Shown here one piece after another: positions 36,293-45,771 of a stretch of 64,000 nucleotides of DNA (position 1 is the first letter of the stretch; each line of letters opens with the position of its first letter). A program made the translations under genes and the position numbers. The stretch spans positions 295,942 through 359,941 of IMG/VR virus record IMGVR_UViG_3300021255_000114. One strand, written 5' to 3'. Below the pieces are notes generated by a model. That model made no database searches, was not told the DNA's origin, and worked only from the letters and a program-made list of their open reading frames with translations. Source of the DNA: a virus. Its lineage: Duplodnaviria > Heunggongvirae > Uroviricota > Caudoviricetes.

Positions 36293-39289
36293 ATGGCAAA
36301 TATTTGTATAACACTACCGAAGTCTATAAAATGGTCGGATTACGAGAAAGAATTGGAAAAAGTAAAGGATGGGAGTGAAGAAATGAACTTTCGTTTACCT
36401 ACGCTTCCCAAAGATGTGCATCCGGGTGATAGGTGTTATATATGCCACGACGGGTTTGTAAAAGGATGGATGAAAATCACCGGTATTGGTAAACATGATG
36501 GATTCAATTGTTCAACAACCGGTAAAGAATGGAGTGATGGAATATATGTTTCGAGAAGCGGTGAATTTCATTACTTAAATAAACCGATACCGATGAAGGG
36601 GTTTCAGGGATATAAGAAAATGGATAATTTAAGCGAAAATTTCACTATAAACACGGAAAATAACGGACTTCAAGAAGAGGTTTCTGTTGAACCCTTCGAG
36701 CCAAAAGATGAACTTAACCCAAAATTTTGGGTTGACAATAAATTGAATTCGAAGGTTCGTATGCGGCTTTTAGATATTGCCGATGATTTTGTAAAAACAT
36801 TAAACATACGTTGGGTGAAGCCTGATGATATTGTTTTAACCGGTTCCATCGCCAATTACAATTGGACTAAATTCTCCGACGTGGATATCCATATTATAAT
36901 GGATTTCAGTAAAGTGTATAAAAAAACCGATTTTGTCAAAAGTTATTTTGATGCAAAAAAGGAAGAATGGAATGGTTCACATGATGGATTGAAAATATAT
37001 GGCTTCAATGTGGAATTGTCTGTTGAGGATAGAAACGCTCCGGCTGTAGCAAGCGGGGTTTATTCTCTTGAAAAAAACGATTGGGTGTCTGAGCCGAAAG
37101 ATTTATCAGACGCAAAATTGAATAAAGAATACGTTGAGAGTACAGCAGAAACATACATAGACAAGATTGATGACCTTGACAGGCGAATAAAAAAAGAGAG
37201 AGACGCAAAAAAAATCGAGACCCTATCAAATAAAATGGTTTCCATTTTCAATAAACTCAAGGGTATGCGTAAAGAAGGACTTAAGAGCAAAGCGAAGGAA
37301 ATGTCAAGCGGCAATATCATATGGAAAATTTTACGCGCTGAAGGTTACATCAAAAAAATTTGGGATATCGTTAATTACAACTATGACCGCAGTATGTCAC
37401 TAAACGAAGGATACTGGGGGCATCTTCCATTGCAAAATGATTATGTCCTTGATGATTTGCATGAATTGGCTGAGGAAAACATAACACCTTTGGTTAAAGA
37501 ACTAAATGAAAAATACAAAAAGGCTTTAGAAAAAGACGCCACTCCTAAAAAGCAAATTAATATACTCGCGTCAACTGATGTGAATGGCAAGACGGAAACG
37601 GAAAAGCATGAATCATTAACATCGGAACGTTATATTTTTTTGGAGGAGATATTTCAACTCATCAATAAAATTATGTACCTTATATGGTCTGCGGCAGAAT
37701 GGAGTCCTTACAATTTAGAAAAAGAAGGCATTGATATCAAGAAGTTACTTAATAATTGCATTGATCTTCTCGATGATGATGTATGGATTGAAGGTTGGAA
37801 AGACGGTAAAAAAAAGGAAAAGAAATATCTTAAAAAACTAAAACATTGGGTTGAATTACTCATTGACCAGCCATATGATGAAGGGAAAGAACGTTATGAC
37901 CAAATTAAAATGGGTAAGGAATTAGGATTTCTCCATGAACTTGATGAGGCAGTAACCGGTAAAGACAATAAAAACGCAGCCGCTTTGTATGTTTATGCTC
38001 TTGATAAGCCTAACGGAACATGGCATATTCTTTGTGCAAAAAGATCTAATAGAGAGGGTGATGAAGAGGGTGGCAAATGGAATCCACCGATGGGACATCT
38101 CCATAGGGGAGAAGACATGGTTAATGGTGCAATCCGTGAATGTCTAGAAGAGTCAGGTGTGGATTTTAAAGCCTATTATAACAAAATAAAATTCATGGAT
38201 GGGCATAGATGGGGTAATAACTACCGCCTCATCATAAAGGAGAAGTATACAAAGGATTTTGCACCGGGTGAAGGTGATGAAGAAAATGATAAATTCATTT
38301 GGCTTCCTGTTGAGGACATCAATAAAAAAGAATGGGCATGGTCTTGTGAAGAAAATGCAGAAAAATATATTCCTAAAACAGTGACGGTAAATGAAAATCA
38401 ATATAAACTTATACAAGAATCCGTTGATAATGAAACAATTACACTGTACCATGGTGTAATGACGGACAAACTCGAATATAATCTTGAAAATGGCGGTTTT
38501 ACTCCAAGAGTATGTTCTGAAGGTGGGCCTAAAGCTGTGTGGCTGTCAGAGAAACAATACAATTACAATTTCACCTTCAAATTTGAATTTCCGAAAACAT
38601 TATTGGGTGATAAGTTGATACAACAAAGCGTGGCCGACTACACATTTACCGAATTCATACCGTTTACTTCATTTAACTGCGAATTGGTTAAAACAAGTTT
38701 TTTGGAGTATGATGACAATCTCAGTGTGGAAATAAACCTCAAGGATATTGAAATGTGCAGGCGTCAGATGCGATTTGTACCGGAAATATTTCACACATTC
38801 AATAATAGAATGAAAAAATATCCTATGGTATATAAGGACTATATTGCACCGGTTATGCAAAAATTAGGTGTCCGTGGCAATATATCTGAATCGAAACACA
38901 CCGTAATTGTCAACGAATCCCAACTTGAAGGAATCATGCCCATTTATGGCACACGCTATCTTAATTCGTATTTAAAAAAGTTCAGGGAACGTACGGGCAT
39001 AGAGAATTTACAAACAGCGCAACTCCATAATATCATGCGTTTGTTAAACTTCATTCAAAAACAGCCCGGGTGTTATAGGATAGAAGATATTGAGTATGTG
39101 CTGGATAGGCCGGATATGGTTCGGAGGATGTTAGGAATGCAACCGAAAGAAAATGGCAATTTTGGGATGCGACCTCTGCCTGACATACCTGAAAGGAAAC
39201 CGGATTACACCCCTCCGTTGTCGATAATGAAAAACGCATCAGATGAACTTTTAAAACAGGATGATATTTACAGAAACGGAATTGACTGA
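36293..39289 (+). CDS. Polyvalent multidomain protein: ASCH/PUA-like, Pol-beta nucleotidyltransferase, Nudix and ART-like domains
   Basis: LTGSIANY.....SDVDIH (NTase GS..DxD); GHLHRGEDMVNGAIRECLEESG (Nudix box); TLYHG......GGF......AVWLS (ART-like). Confidence 0.75.
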   Translation: MANICITLPKSIKWSDYEKELEKVKDGSEEMNFRLPTLPKDVHPGDRCYICHDGFVKGWMKITGIGKHDGFNCSTTGKEWSDGIYVSRSGEFHYLNKPIPMKGFQGYKKMDNLSENFTINTENNGLQEEVSVEPFEPKDELNPKFWVDNKLNSKVRMRLLDIADDFVKTLNIRWVKPDDIVLTGSIANYNWTKFSDVDIHIIMDFSKVYKKTDFVKSYFDAKKEEWNGSHDGLKIYGFNVELSVEDRNAPAVASGVYSLEKNDWVSEPKDLSDAKLNKEYVESTAETYIDKIDDLDRRIKKERDAKKIETLSNKMVSIFNKLKGMRKEGLKSKAKEMSSGNIIWKILRAEGYIKKIWDIVNYNYDRSMSLNEGYWGHLPLQNDYVLDDLHELAEENITPLVKELNEKYKKALEKDATPKKQINILASTDVNGKTETEKHESLTSERYIFLEEIFQLINKIMYLIWSAAEWSPYNLEKEGIDIKKLLNNCIDLLDDDVWIEGWKDGKKKEKKYLKKLKHWVELLIDQPYDEGKERYDQIKMGKELGFLHELDEAVTGKDNKNAAALYVYALDKPNGTWHILCAKRSNREGDEEGGKWNPPMGHLHRGEDMVNGAIRECLEESGVDFKAYYNKIKFMDGHRWGNNYRLIIKEKYTKDFAPGEGDEENDKFIWLPVEDINKKEWAWSCEENAEKYIPKTVTVNENQYKLIQESVDNETITLYHGVMTDKLEYNLENGGFTPRVCSEGGPKAVWLSEKQYNYNFTFKFEFPKTLLGDKLIQQSVADYTFTEFIPFTSFNCELVKTSFLEYDDNLSVEINLKDIEMCRRQMRFVPEIFHTFNNRMKKYPMVYKDYIAPVMQKLGVRGNISESKHTVIVNESQLEGIMPIYGTRYLNSYLKKFRERTGIENLQTAQLHNIMRLLNFIQKQPGCYRIEDIEYVLDRPDMVRRMLGMQPKENGNFGMRPLPDIPERKPDYTPPLSIMKNASDELLKQDDIYRNGID

Positions 39290-39333
39290 TATTTATAATT
39301 AAAATAAAGGAAAATAAGAAGTAATATTACAAT

Positions 39334-40683
39334 ATGGCAAACAATTTCAGTAATGACCTCGAAAGGATGCAGCAACTTATGAAGTATGGTATCAATGAGA
39401 GTTCAAAGAAAAATGGTCAGTCGATTGTCGAATATCATCAGACTGCCGCTGACGGAAAAACTTACGGTATTGTTAAAGAATGCAATAAATTCTATATTAA
39501 AGTAGCCCCTAAAAAAGATACTGAGGTTCTCGCCGAGGACTATGATTACATTGGCGGCTTTATGAACAAGAAACAGTATGAATATCCCACATACACCATC
39601 GCTTCTAAACAATTTGACCTTAAGATGAAATCCATCAACGAATCTATAGGTAAGGATAAAGCGGTTCTTAGTGAGCAGTTCAAACCGGTTGAAAGTGCTG
39701 AGTGGCAAATTAATGAAACACGTGAAATGCGTGCTGAACTTGAACGCTTTCGCCAAATCAGCAATAATGTTGATTATATTCTGTCAGAGAACAAGGCCGA
39801 AAAAGCCCTTCAGATTGGTGATCCGAGAAATGTTACTGATGAAGGTGGGGATCCTTATACACAAAAACCCGATTCAACAGAAAAGGTTAACAATATGAAG
39901 GAAACAACTACCGACCCGAAGAAGGCGGACACTACTTACAAGGAAAAAGGTGAATATAAAGAGGAAATTAAAGGCAACGAGCACACTGACCCCAAGACTG
40001 CTGATAACACTTACAGTAAGAAAGTTGGTGAGGTTGAGTCTGAGGGCAAGTCTGTCGCAATAGAGAAAGGTGCTTCACACAAGAATGATAAGGGTGTTAA
40101 AATGAATGAAGGCAAACGTGTTGTTAAAATCACCGAAGAGCAAGTTCTTGCTTGGAGCAAATCGCTTGATTATATGGATACTTCAAAAGGTACTGAAATT
40201 GGTGACACCGCCCCATATACCGAAAAACTTTCAAACCAAGAAAGCAATCAGGAAATGAACGAGGAATCAATTGCAATGGGTGGTAATAACATGAATCAGC
40301 ATACAGCAAACGTTGGTGATACCGCTCCGTTTGACAAAAATACCGGTAAAGAAGATTTGAAAGAGAAAACCATACAGGGTCCTGATGGGCTTCCAACTGA
40401 CGATAACGCTACTATGTTGACCGATGAATTTGAGGGTGCAACAAAGGTAAACGAAGATAAACTCGATGTGTTCGGTAAGCATCCTGCATATCAAAAAGTT
40501 CCTTTTGAAACTCCTGCCAATACAGAAATCGACAAATGGGGACGTGATTGGAATGACGATTCCACAAAAGGAAATAAGCCTTTCGGAACCCAAATTGGTC
40601 ATAGCGGAGACCCTTTCAGTGAAAAGGTTGTCGACATGTTGACTGATGCGGTTATTAGCAAGCTTAAAAAAAAAGTGAACTAA
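39334..40683 (+). CDS. Hypothetical head-associated late protein (may extend by frameshift into 40737..41342)
   Basis: 449-aa ORF with many xNE/xSE sites; TATTTAT at 39290; ends just after an A9 run. Confidence 0.85.
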   Translation: MANNFSNDLERMQQLMKYGINESSKKNGQSIVEYHQTAADGKTYGIVKECNKFYIKVAPKKDTEVLAEDYDYIGGFMNKKQYEYPTYTIASKQFDLKMKSINESIGKDKAVLSEQFKPVESAEWQINETREMRAELERFRQISNNVDYILSENKAEKALQIGDPRNVTDEGGDPYTQKPDSTEKVNNMKETTTDPKKADTTYKEKGEYKEEIKGNEHTDPKTADNTYSKKVGEVESEGKSVAIEKGASHKNDKGVKMNEGKRVVKITEEQVLAWSKSLDYMDTSKGTEIGDTAPYTEKLSNQESNQEMNEESIAMGGNNMNQHTANVGDTAPFDKNTGKEDLKEKTIQGPDGLPTDDNATMLTDEFEGATKVNEDKLDVFGKHPAYQKVPFETPANTEIDKWGRDWNDDSTKGNKPFGTQIGHSGDPFSEKVVDMLTDAVISKLKKKVN

Positions 40684-40736
40684 GTGAACGTAAAGTCTTA
40701 AAGGTTCCTAATACAGGAGCCCCGGAAGCCCCTGCC

Positions 40737-41342
40737 ATGCCAGATACAATAATCGATGGGGGGGCTTCACCTATGATGGGCGGTATGGATGCCGAAAACA
40801 CTGACCCAAATATGGCTCCCGATATGGGAATGACTCCAATGGATGGAGACGCAAATCAATTTGATGCTGATTTTGATGCCGGTGTTGATGCTGATGAGGA
40901 GAGTGACCCTAAAAGATATATTCAGCAATTAACGGGCAAATTAAGTCAGAGTCTTCGTAAATATAACGAAGGGCTCCCACAACCCGATGCTGATCTTAAC
41001 AAATACGTTGCCGGAATGATTGTGAAACAATGTATTGAGGGTCTTACCCCTGAAGACACACAGGATATTTTGGACAAGATTAAGACTGATGAGACACCTG
41101 GGGAAGATGGACAGGAAGGCGCTGAGCCAGGCGTGCAACAAGAACCAATGGAACAGCAAGCAATGGCTGACCCAAGTATGGAGCAGCAACCCCCTATGAA
41201 CGAAAATGCTTCACGTCGTCAAGCGATTACAAGCCGTTATGAGGAATTCATAAAAAACGATAATGAAGGTTGCAATGACACTGTTCCAAATAGGAATTCA
41301 TATCATAAGCGTCCTTGGGTTGGAAAAGTCTTCAAGGCATAA
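40737..41342 (+). CDS. Acidic/Met-rich protein, probably the -1 frame extension of the upstream gene
   Basis: The -1 frame is open from 40668 through this ORF. Confidence 0.75.
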   Translation: MPDTIIDGGASPMMGGMDAENTDPNMAPDMGMTPMDGDANQFDADFDAGVDADEESDPKRYIQQLTGKLSQSLRKYNEGLPQPDADLNKYVAGMIVKQCIEGLTPEDTQDILDKIKTDETPGEDGQEGAEPGVQQEPMEQQAMADPSMEQQPPMNENASRRQAITSRYEEFIKNDNEGCNDTVPNRNSYHKRPWVGKVFKA

Positions 41343-41444
41343 TTGCTTTTTTATTCCAAAAAAAAAAAACGGATGCAGGTTAACTACACCCATCCGTTTT
41401 TTCTTATTGATTGGACAGTATTTATTTAAAAATGACTTTAATTT

Positions 41445-41771
41445 ATGGCAAACTTTATATTAACAGAAGAGCAGTATAAAAAAGCAATCGAAGAAGGCGT
41501 CCTTCCGCAAGGTCAGCCAAAAACCAAAACCGTTGTCGATGGAAACGGGAATCCAAATGTGGGATCTGAGGTAAATAATGCCATTAAAACTACAAATGCC
41601 GACACCATTGAAGTCACTAATTTCGGCAAAAACACTAATAACGGCAGTACCAGTTACAATCCTTTGGCAGAATCAAGACTAATCACAAAAAAAGAACTTA
41701 AGGAAAATCGCCTGAAAAAACTTCGTGAAAATTCTGAAATTATGTCAGTTAAAGAAATTTTTGGAATCTAA
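41445..41771 (+). CDS. Small late protein with 'ILTEEQY' tag
   Basis: 108-aa ORF; TATTTAT at 41419. Confidence 0.8.
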   Translation: MANFILTEEQYKKAIEEGVLPQGQPKTKTVVDGNGNPNVGSEVNNAIKTTNADTIEVTNFGKNTNNGSTSYNPLAESRLITKKELKENRLKKLRENSEIMSVKEIFGI

Positions 41772-41773
41772 AA

Positions 41774-42886
41774 ATGAGTGAACTTCCGAAACATATTAGC
41801 AATAACATTCGTGCAAGAGAGACATCATTGGGTGATAGTCCGGCATTGCCACCAAGTGATGGGTATATGGAAAAATTACTGACCGATTACTATAACGAGA
41901 TAAAGAAACCGGTTGAAGGGAAAAGCGTCAGTGAGGTAGTGAAGGAATTGAATGAAACTGTCACGGAATGCCAAAACGAAGAACAAAAATGTAAGAGTGC
42001 ATTACAAAAACTTTGTTCGGACTTTGTTTCAAACATGTTTAAAATTCCGGAAGATACTATCAAAATCGAAATCAATCTAACTGACAAGGTGGATACTACC
42101 GGTTATCGTCTGCTACCCGAAGATAGTGACGATTTTACGTTTGATGACATTAGTGACATGAAGAACCTTGGTGCCGAAATCTATAAAAGACGTATGCTAA
42201 ATGCACTTATCGAGGGGGCTTCGGAGAGTATTGCGTATGACATATCAAATTATGTAAAGGCTCTTTTCCAAATAAATCCATCGTTACCGTCGCTGTATGC
42301 AAAGATTATAAAATACAGTCAGTATCTTATGTACGCATTGGATGAAACGAATTTCAAAAAAGGCAATGATAGTGGTGGAAGCGTACGCGTTACTATGAAA
42401 TCAGCCCCTGATATGTTGGAAATTAAAGCCGAAGGTACATTATTCCCGATACTCCTGCAAAACGCAATAAAGGGGGTGTTGGAGGTTTCGATACTCCAAG
42501 GGCTGCCGGACAATAAAGAGAAAGCCTACTATGTCATGAAAAAAGCCGATTACAAACTGGCTGAAATTTGGGATAGCAGATTGGGTGTCCCGTTATGGGA
42601 GAAGGTGAGTGATTCGGTCGAGAACAAGAGTGAAATTGGTCTTAACTTCTTTTTCATGGAACTATCCTCTCTACCGATTTCAGTGTTCAATGAACTGTTA
42701 CAAGAAGTCTTTGTTGGAACCAAAAAAGGCAAAGTCATGATAAGCGACATTTGTGCAAGAATTATTGAACAAAAAGAGGAGGAAGACTTTAATGATTACA
42801 TTGCGAAAAATAATGACAATTACCCTATTGAGGACGGTTTCTTTACAGAGGATGAACTGTCCGGTGAACGTCCATTCGGGTATTAA
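41774..42886 (+). CDS. Hypothetical protein in the packaging operon
   Basis: 370-aa ORF upstream of terminase. Confidence 0.85.
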   Translation: MSELPKHISNNIRARETSLGDSPALPPSDGYMEKLLTDYYNEIKKPVEGKSVSEVVKELNETVTECQNEEQKCKSALQKLCSDFVSNMFKIPEDTIKIEINLTDKVDTTGYRLLPEDSDDFTFDDISDMKNLGAEIYKRRMLNALIEGASESIAYDISNYVKALFQINPSLPSLYAKIIKYSQYLMYALDETNFKKGNDSGGSVRVTMKSAPDMLEIKAEGTLFPILLQNAIKGVLEVSILQGLPDNKEKAYYVMKKADYKLAEIWDSRLGVPLWEKVSDSVENKSEIGLNFFFMELSSLPISVFNELLQEVFVGTKKGKVMISDICARIIEQKEEEDFNDYIAKNNDNYPIEDGFFTEDELSGERPFGY

Positions 42887-42901
42887 AAACACTATTGGAG
42901 T

Positions 42902-43819
42902 ATGTTGGTTGACTTAAAATGGTTACAGGACAATTACGCAAAATATTCACGCGACTTCTTCGAAGGTAAAATGCCGCCAGTTACATTTAAGATATCAAAG
43001 ACAATGGGACAACGTGGTGACGCAAGTTGCAATATTAATTATACCGAAGATAATATTGAATTTACTGATTATGTTATCAGGGTTTCAAATGCATTCGATG
43101 TAGATGAGAAACATAAATTGAATACTCTTCTGCATGAAATGATACATATATATGACTATTACAATCACCCTGAACACTATATCATTAGAACTGCCATAGG
43201 TTGGAAGAAAAACAGTAAGTATGATGCGCATGGAAGTGAATTATTCCTTCCAATGGCTGCAATGATTAACAGATATGGTTTTAACATAACCCAATATGTT
43301 ACACAGCAAGAAGAAAGTGAAACACAATATGCTAATGATATTGCAAAGAAACTCGAAAAGCCAATTTGCCTCTGTTATGCCGAATATATGGCAGAAGGAC
43401 AGAATAATCTAATGTTTCTTGCAACCAGAACAACATTGGAGAAAATGATTGTAAGATACAAGGGAATTGCCAGAAAATTTGCCCCATCAAGCCTCACTGT
43501 ATACGAGATATCGAGCCCGGAATTAAGGAAGCACTTTTCGGTAACCAGAGGTGACAAAATAAGGGGGTATGCTTGTCCAATGGATAGATGGTTTGCTGTG
43601 TTACAGCAGCTAGGAATAGAGAACGAAACACCGGAAATTATAAATTTCGACACTATGTATGAACAAAAAATAATAAAACTAACTGAGGCCGACATAAGGG
43701 CAATCGTATCAGAAACCCTTGATGAATTAATGAATTCAGATTCAGTTGAACCAGTTGATGGTGGAAACGCAGTTGGAGTGAAAACTTCTCCGACATCAGT
43801 TCGGCTGTCAATAGTTTAA
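42902..43819 (+). CDS. SprT-like metalloprotease with C-terminal 'KLTEADIRAIVSE' tag
   Basis: NTLLHEMIHIYDY (HExxH) and DAHG. Confidence 0.75.
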   Translation: MLVDLKWLQDNYAKYSRDFFEGKMPPVTFKISKTMGQRGDASCNINYTEDNIEFTDYVIRVSNAFDVDEKHKLNTLLHEMIHIYDYYNHPEHYIIRTAIGWKKNSKYDAHGSELFLPMAAMINRYGFNITQYVTQQEESETQYANDIAKKLEKPICLCYAEYMAEGQNNLMFLATRTTLEKMIVRYKGIARKFAPSSLTVYEISSPELRKHFSVTRGDKIRGYACPMDRWFAVLQQLGIENETPEIINFDTMYEQKIIKLTEADIRAIVSETLDELMNSDSVEPVDGGNAVGVKTSPTSVRLSIV

Positions 43820-43834
43820 CTTAATCAATTTTAC

Positions 43835-45721
43835 ATGGCACATCCTTTTGCGCAAATATATGCTGAATGCTATAAAGATAAATCAAGAATAAAATTCATC
43901 GAAAAATTCCTGTCAACTTATGATGCCGATGCTGGTATTAGGCATCAGTTTTTGCTTTTTCCAAGGCAGAAAGCATTTTTAAATGCGTTGTCAACGCATA
44001 ATGAAGTGATTGCAATTAAACATAGACAAGCAGGTATTACAACTGTATCTTCAGCATGGATTACTGGACAGTGTGTATTTGCAAATCCCGAATCGCCAGA
44101 AACTATATTATGTATTGCAGCAAGAAAACCACTTGCGGAAGAAATCATTGTAAAAATAACTGATTTTCTTGATCAAGTGCCAAGATGGTTTTGGGGGTCC
44201 GATTACTATGATCCGGATCCAAAAAACCCAAAAAATCTTAAATCGATTTATGTAAAGAAAAACCGTGGCGAATTCGAACTTTTCAATGGGTGTCATGCTT
44301 ACGCACGTTCGTCAAATCCGGATGCAGCCCGTGGTATTTCAGCCGTTTCGGTTTTGCTTTGTGACGAGGCAGCCTTCTTCGATGATACAATGGCCTACCA
44401 AGCTGCACGTATGGCACAGTCTTCCGTGAGAGGGTACAGGACAATTATGGTGTCGACTCCGAACGGCAAAGATCAATTATACTATAAGAGTTATTCGCAA
44501 GCACTTTCACATGAAAATAACTATTTTCCGGTTGAATTCAAATGGTTTCAGGATATTCGGTATAACCGTTTTCTTAAATGGACTAAAAAAAATGAAGAAA
44601 CCGGTGCAGAAGAAACAATTGTTGAACCCGTAAAAGATAAATTAGGTAATATAGAATACAATGAAGAAAAATGGAGAAAGTTAGAAAGTGATGGGTGGAA
44701 ACCTACGAGCCCATGGTATGTAAAAGCATGCAAGGGTGCTCTTAATGACAAGCAGAAAATTGCACAAGAGATTGAAGTTAGTTTCCTTGGTTCTGCTGAT
44801 AACGTTGTTCCACAGGAAACCATCGAAATGCAGAGAAGTCAGAATGTAATCCAAATTGACGATACATGGGAATTAAGAGACCCGCTGGTTCCTGAGACTT
44901 GGATATGGGAGGATCCGCAACCGGGACACCGATATATACTTTCAATAGACCCTTCCTCCGGTTCAAGCGATGATAATACGTCGTTACAGATAGTCGATTG
45001 TGATGCAATAGACGAACACGGAACGCCTTATTTTAATCAAGTACTTGAATATAGCGGAAAACGTCTTGGGGACGAAATCGCGGTTATAGCAGACAAATAT
45101 GGTAGGATATACAATAACGCATTGATAGTCGTCGAGTGTATAGGAGGCTATGGTGATGCGGTTGTCATTCCTCTTATGGCAATGAAATACCCCAATCTTT
45201 ATTACGACGAAACCGGTTTGAGAAATTATACAGTTAACGATCCTTTAAAACGATATGATAACGATGATACCGGTAAACTTCCCGGATTTAGAACAAATGC
45301 CGTCAGGGCACAAATGCTTGATAACTTCAGAAGTGAGTTATATTACAATAATTTGAGAATACGAAGTTTACGTGTAATCAACGAACTTGACACTTGGGTA
45401 TGGAAGAATGGGCGTCCGGATCATATGAAAGGTTTCCATGATGATAGTCTTACCTGTCTTGCAATGGGTCTATTTGTCATGAAATTCTATATGTTCAAAA
45501 AACTACGGGACGCAGAGAAAGATAGAAAAATACTCCATAGTTGGAAATCTTCCAATTCAATAAAAGGTAGGGGTGATGATAGATATAAACTCAAAGAGGA
45601 AGTTGACCTTACAGCAAAAAAACGACTGCCAATCTATTCAAGTTATCAGAAACAACGAAGAGACGAACAGAAATTCAGGGCTTTGGTTATGCTTGGCGGA
45701 TTCAAGCCAAAGAAGAAATAA
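43835..45721 (+). CDS. terL: Terminase large subunit (T4 gp17-like)
   Basis: KHRQAGITT Walker A, LCDEAAF Walker B, VSTPNG, IDPSSG and HDDSL nuclease motifs. Confidence 0.95.
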   Translation: MAHPFAQIYAECYKDKSRIKFIEKFLSTYDADAGIRHQFLLFPRQKAFLNALSTHNEVIAIKHRQAGITTVSSAWITGQCVFANPESPETILCIAARKPLAEEIIVKITDFLDQVPRWFWGSDYYDPDPKNPKNLKSIYVKKNRGEFELFNGCHAYARSSNPDAARGISAVSVLLCDEAAFFDDTMAYQAARMAQSSVRGYRTIMVSTPNGKDQLYYKSYSQALSHENNYFPVEFKWFQDIRYNRFLKWTKKNEETGAEETIVEPVKDKLGNIEYNEEKWRKLESDGWKPTSPWYVKACKGALNDKQKIAQEIEVSFLGSADNVVPQETIEMQRSQNVIQIDDTWELRDPLVPETWIWEDPQPGHRYILSIDPSSGSSDDNTSLQIVDCDAIDEHGTPYFNQVLEYSGKRLGDEIAVIADKYGRIYNNALIVVECIGGYGDAVVIPLMAMKYPNLYYDETGLRNYTVNDPLKRYDNDDTGKLPGFRTNAVRAQMLDNFRSELYYNNLRIRSLRVINELDTWVWKNGRPDHMKGFHDDSLTCLAMGLFVMKFYMFKKLRDAEKDRKILHSWKSSNSIKGRGDDRYKLKEEVDLTAKKRLPIYSSYQKQRRDEQKFRALVMLGGFKPKKK

Positions 45722-45771
45722 GTTGAGTTCCTGGTGGCTAATCATTATATTTATAGATAAACATATAAATT

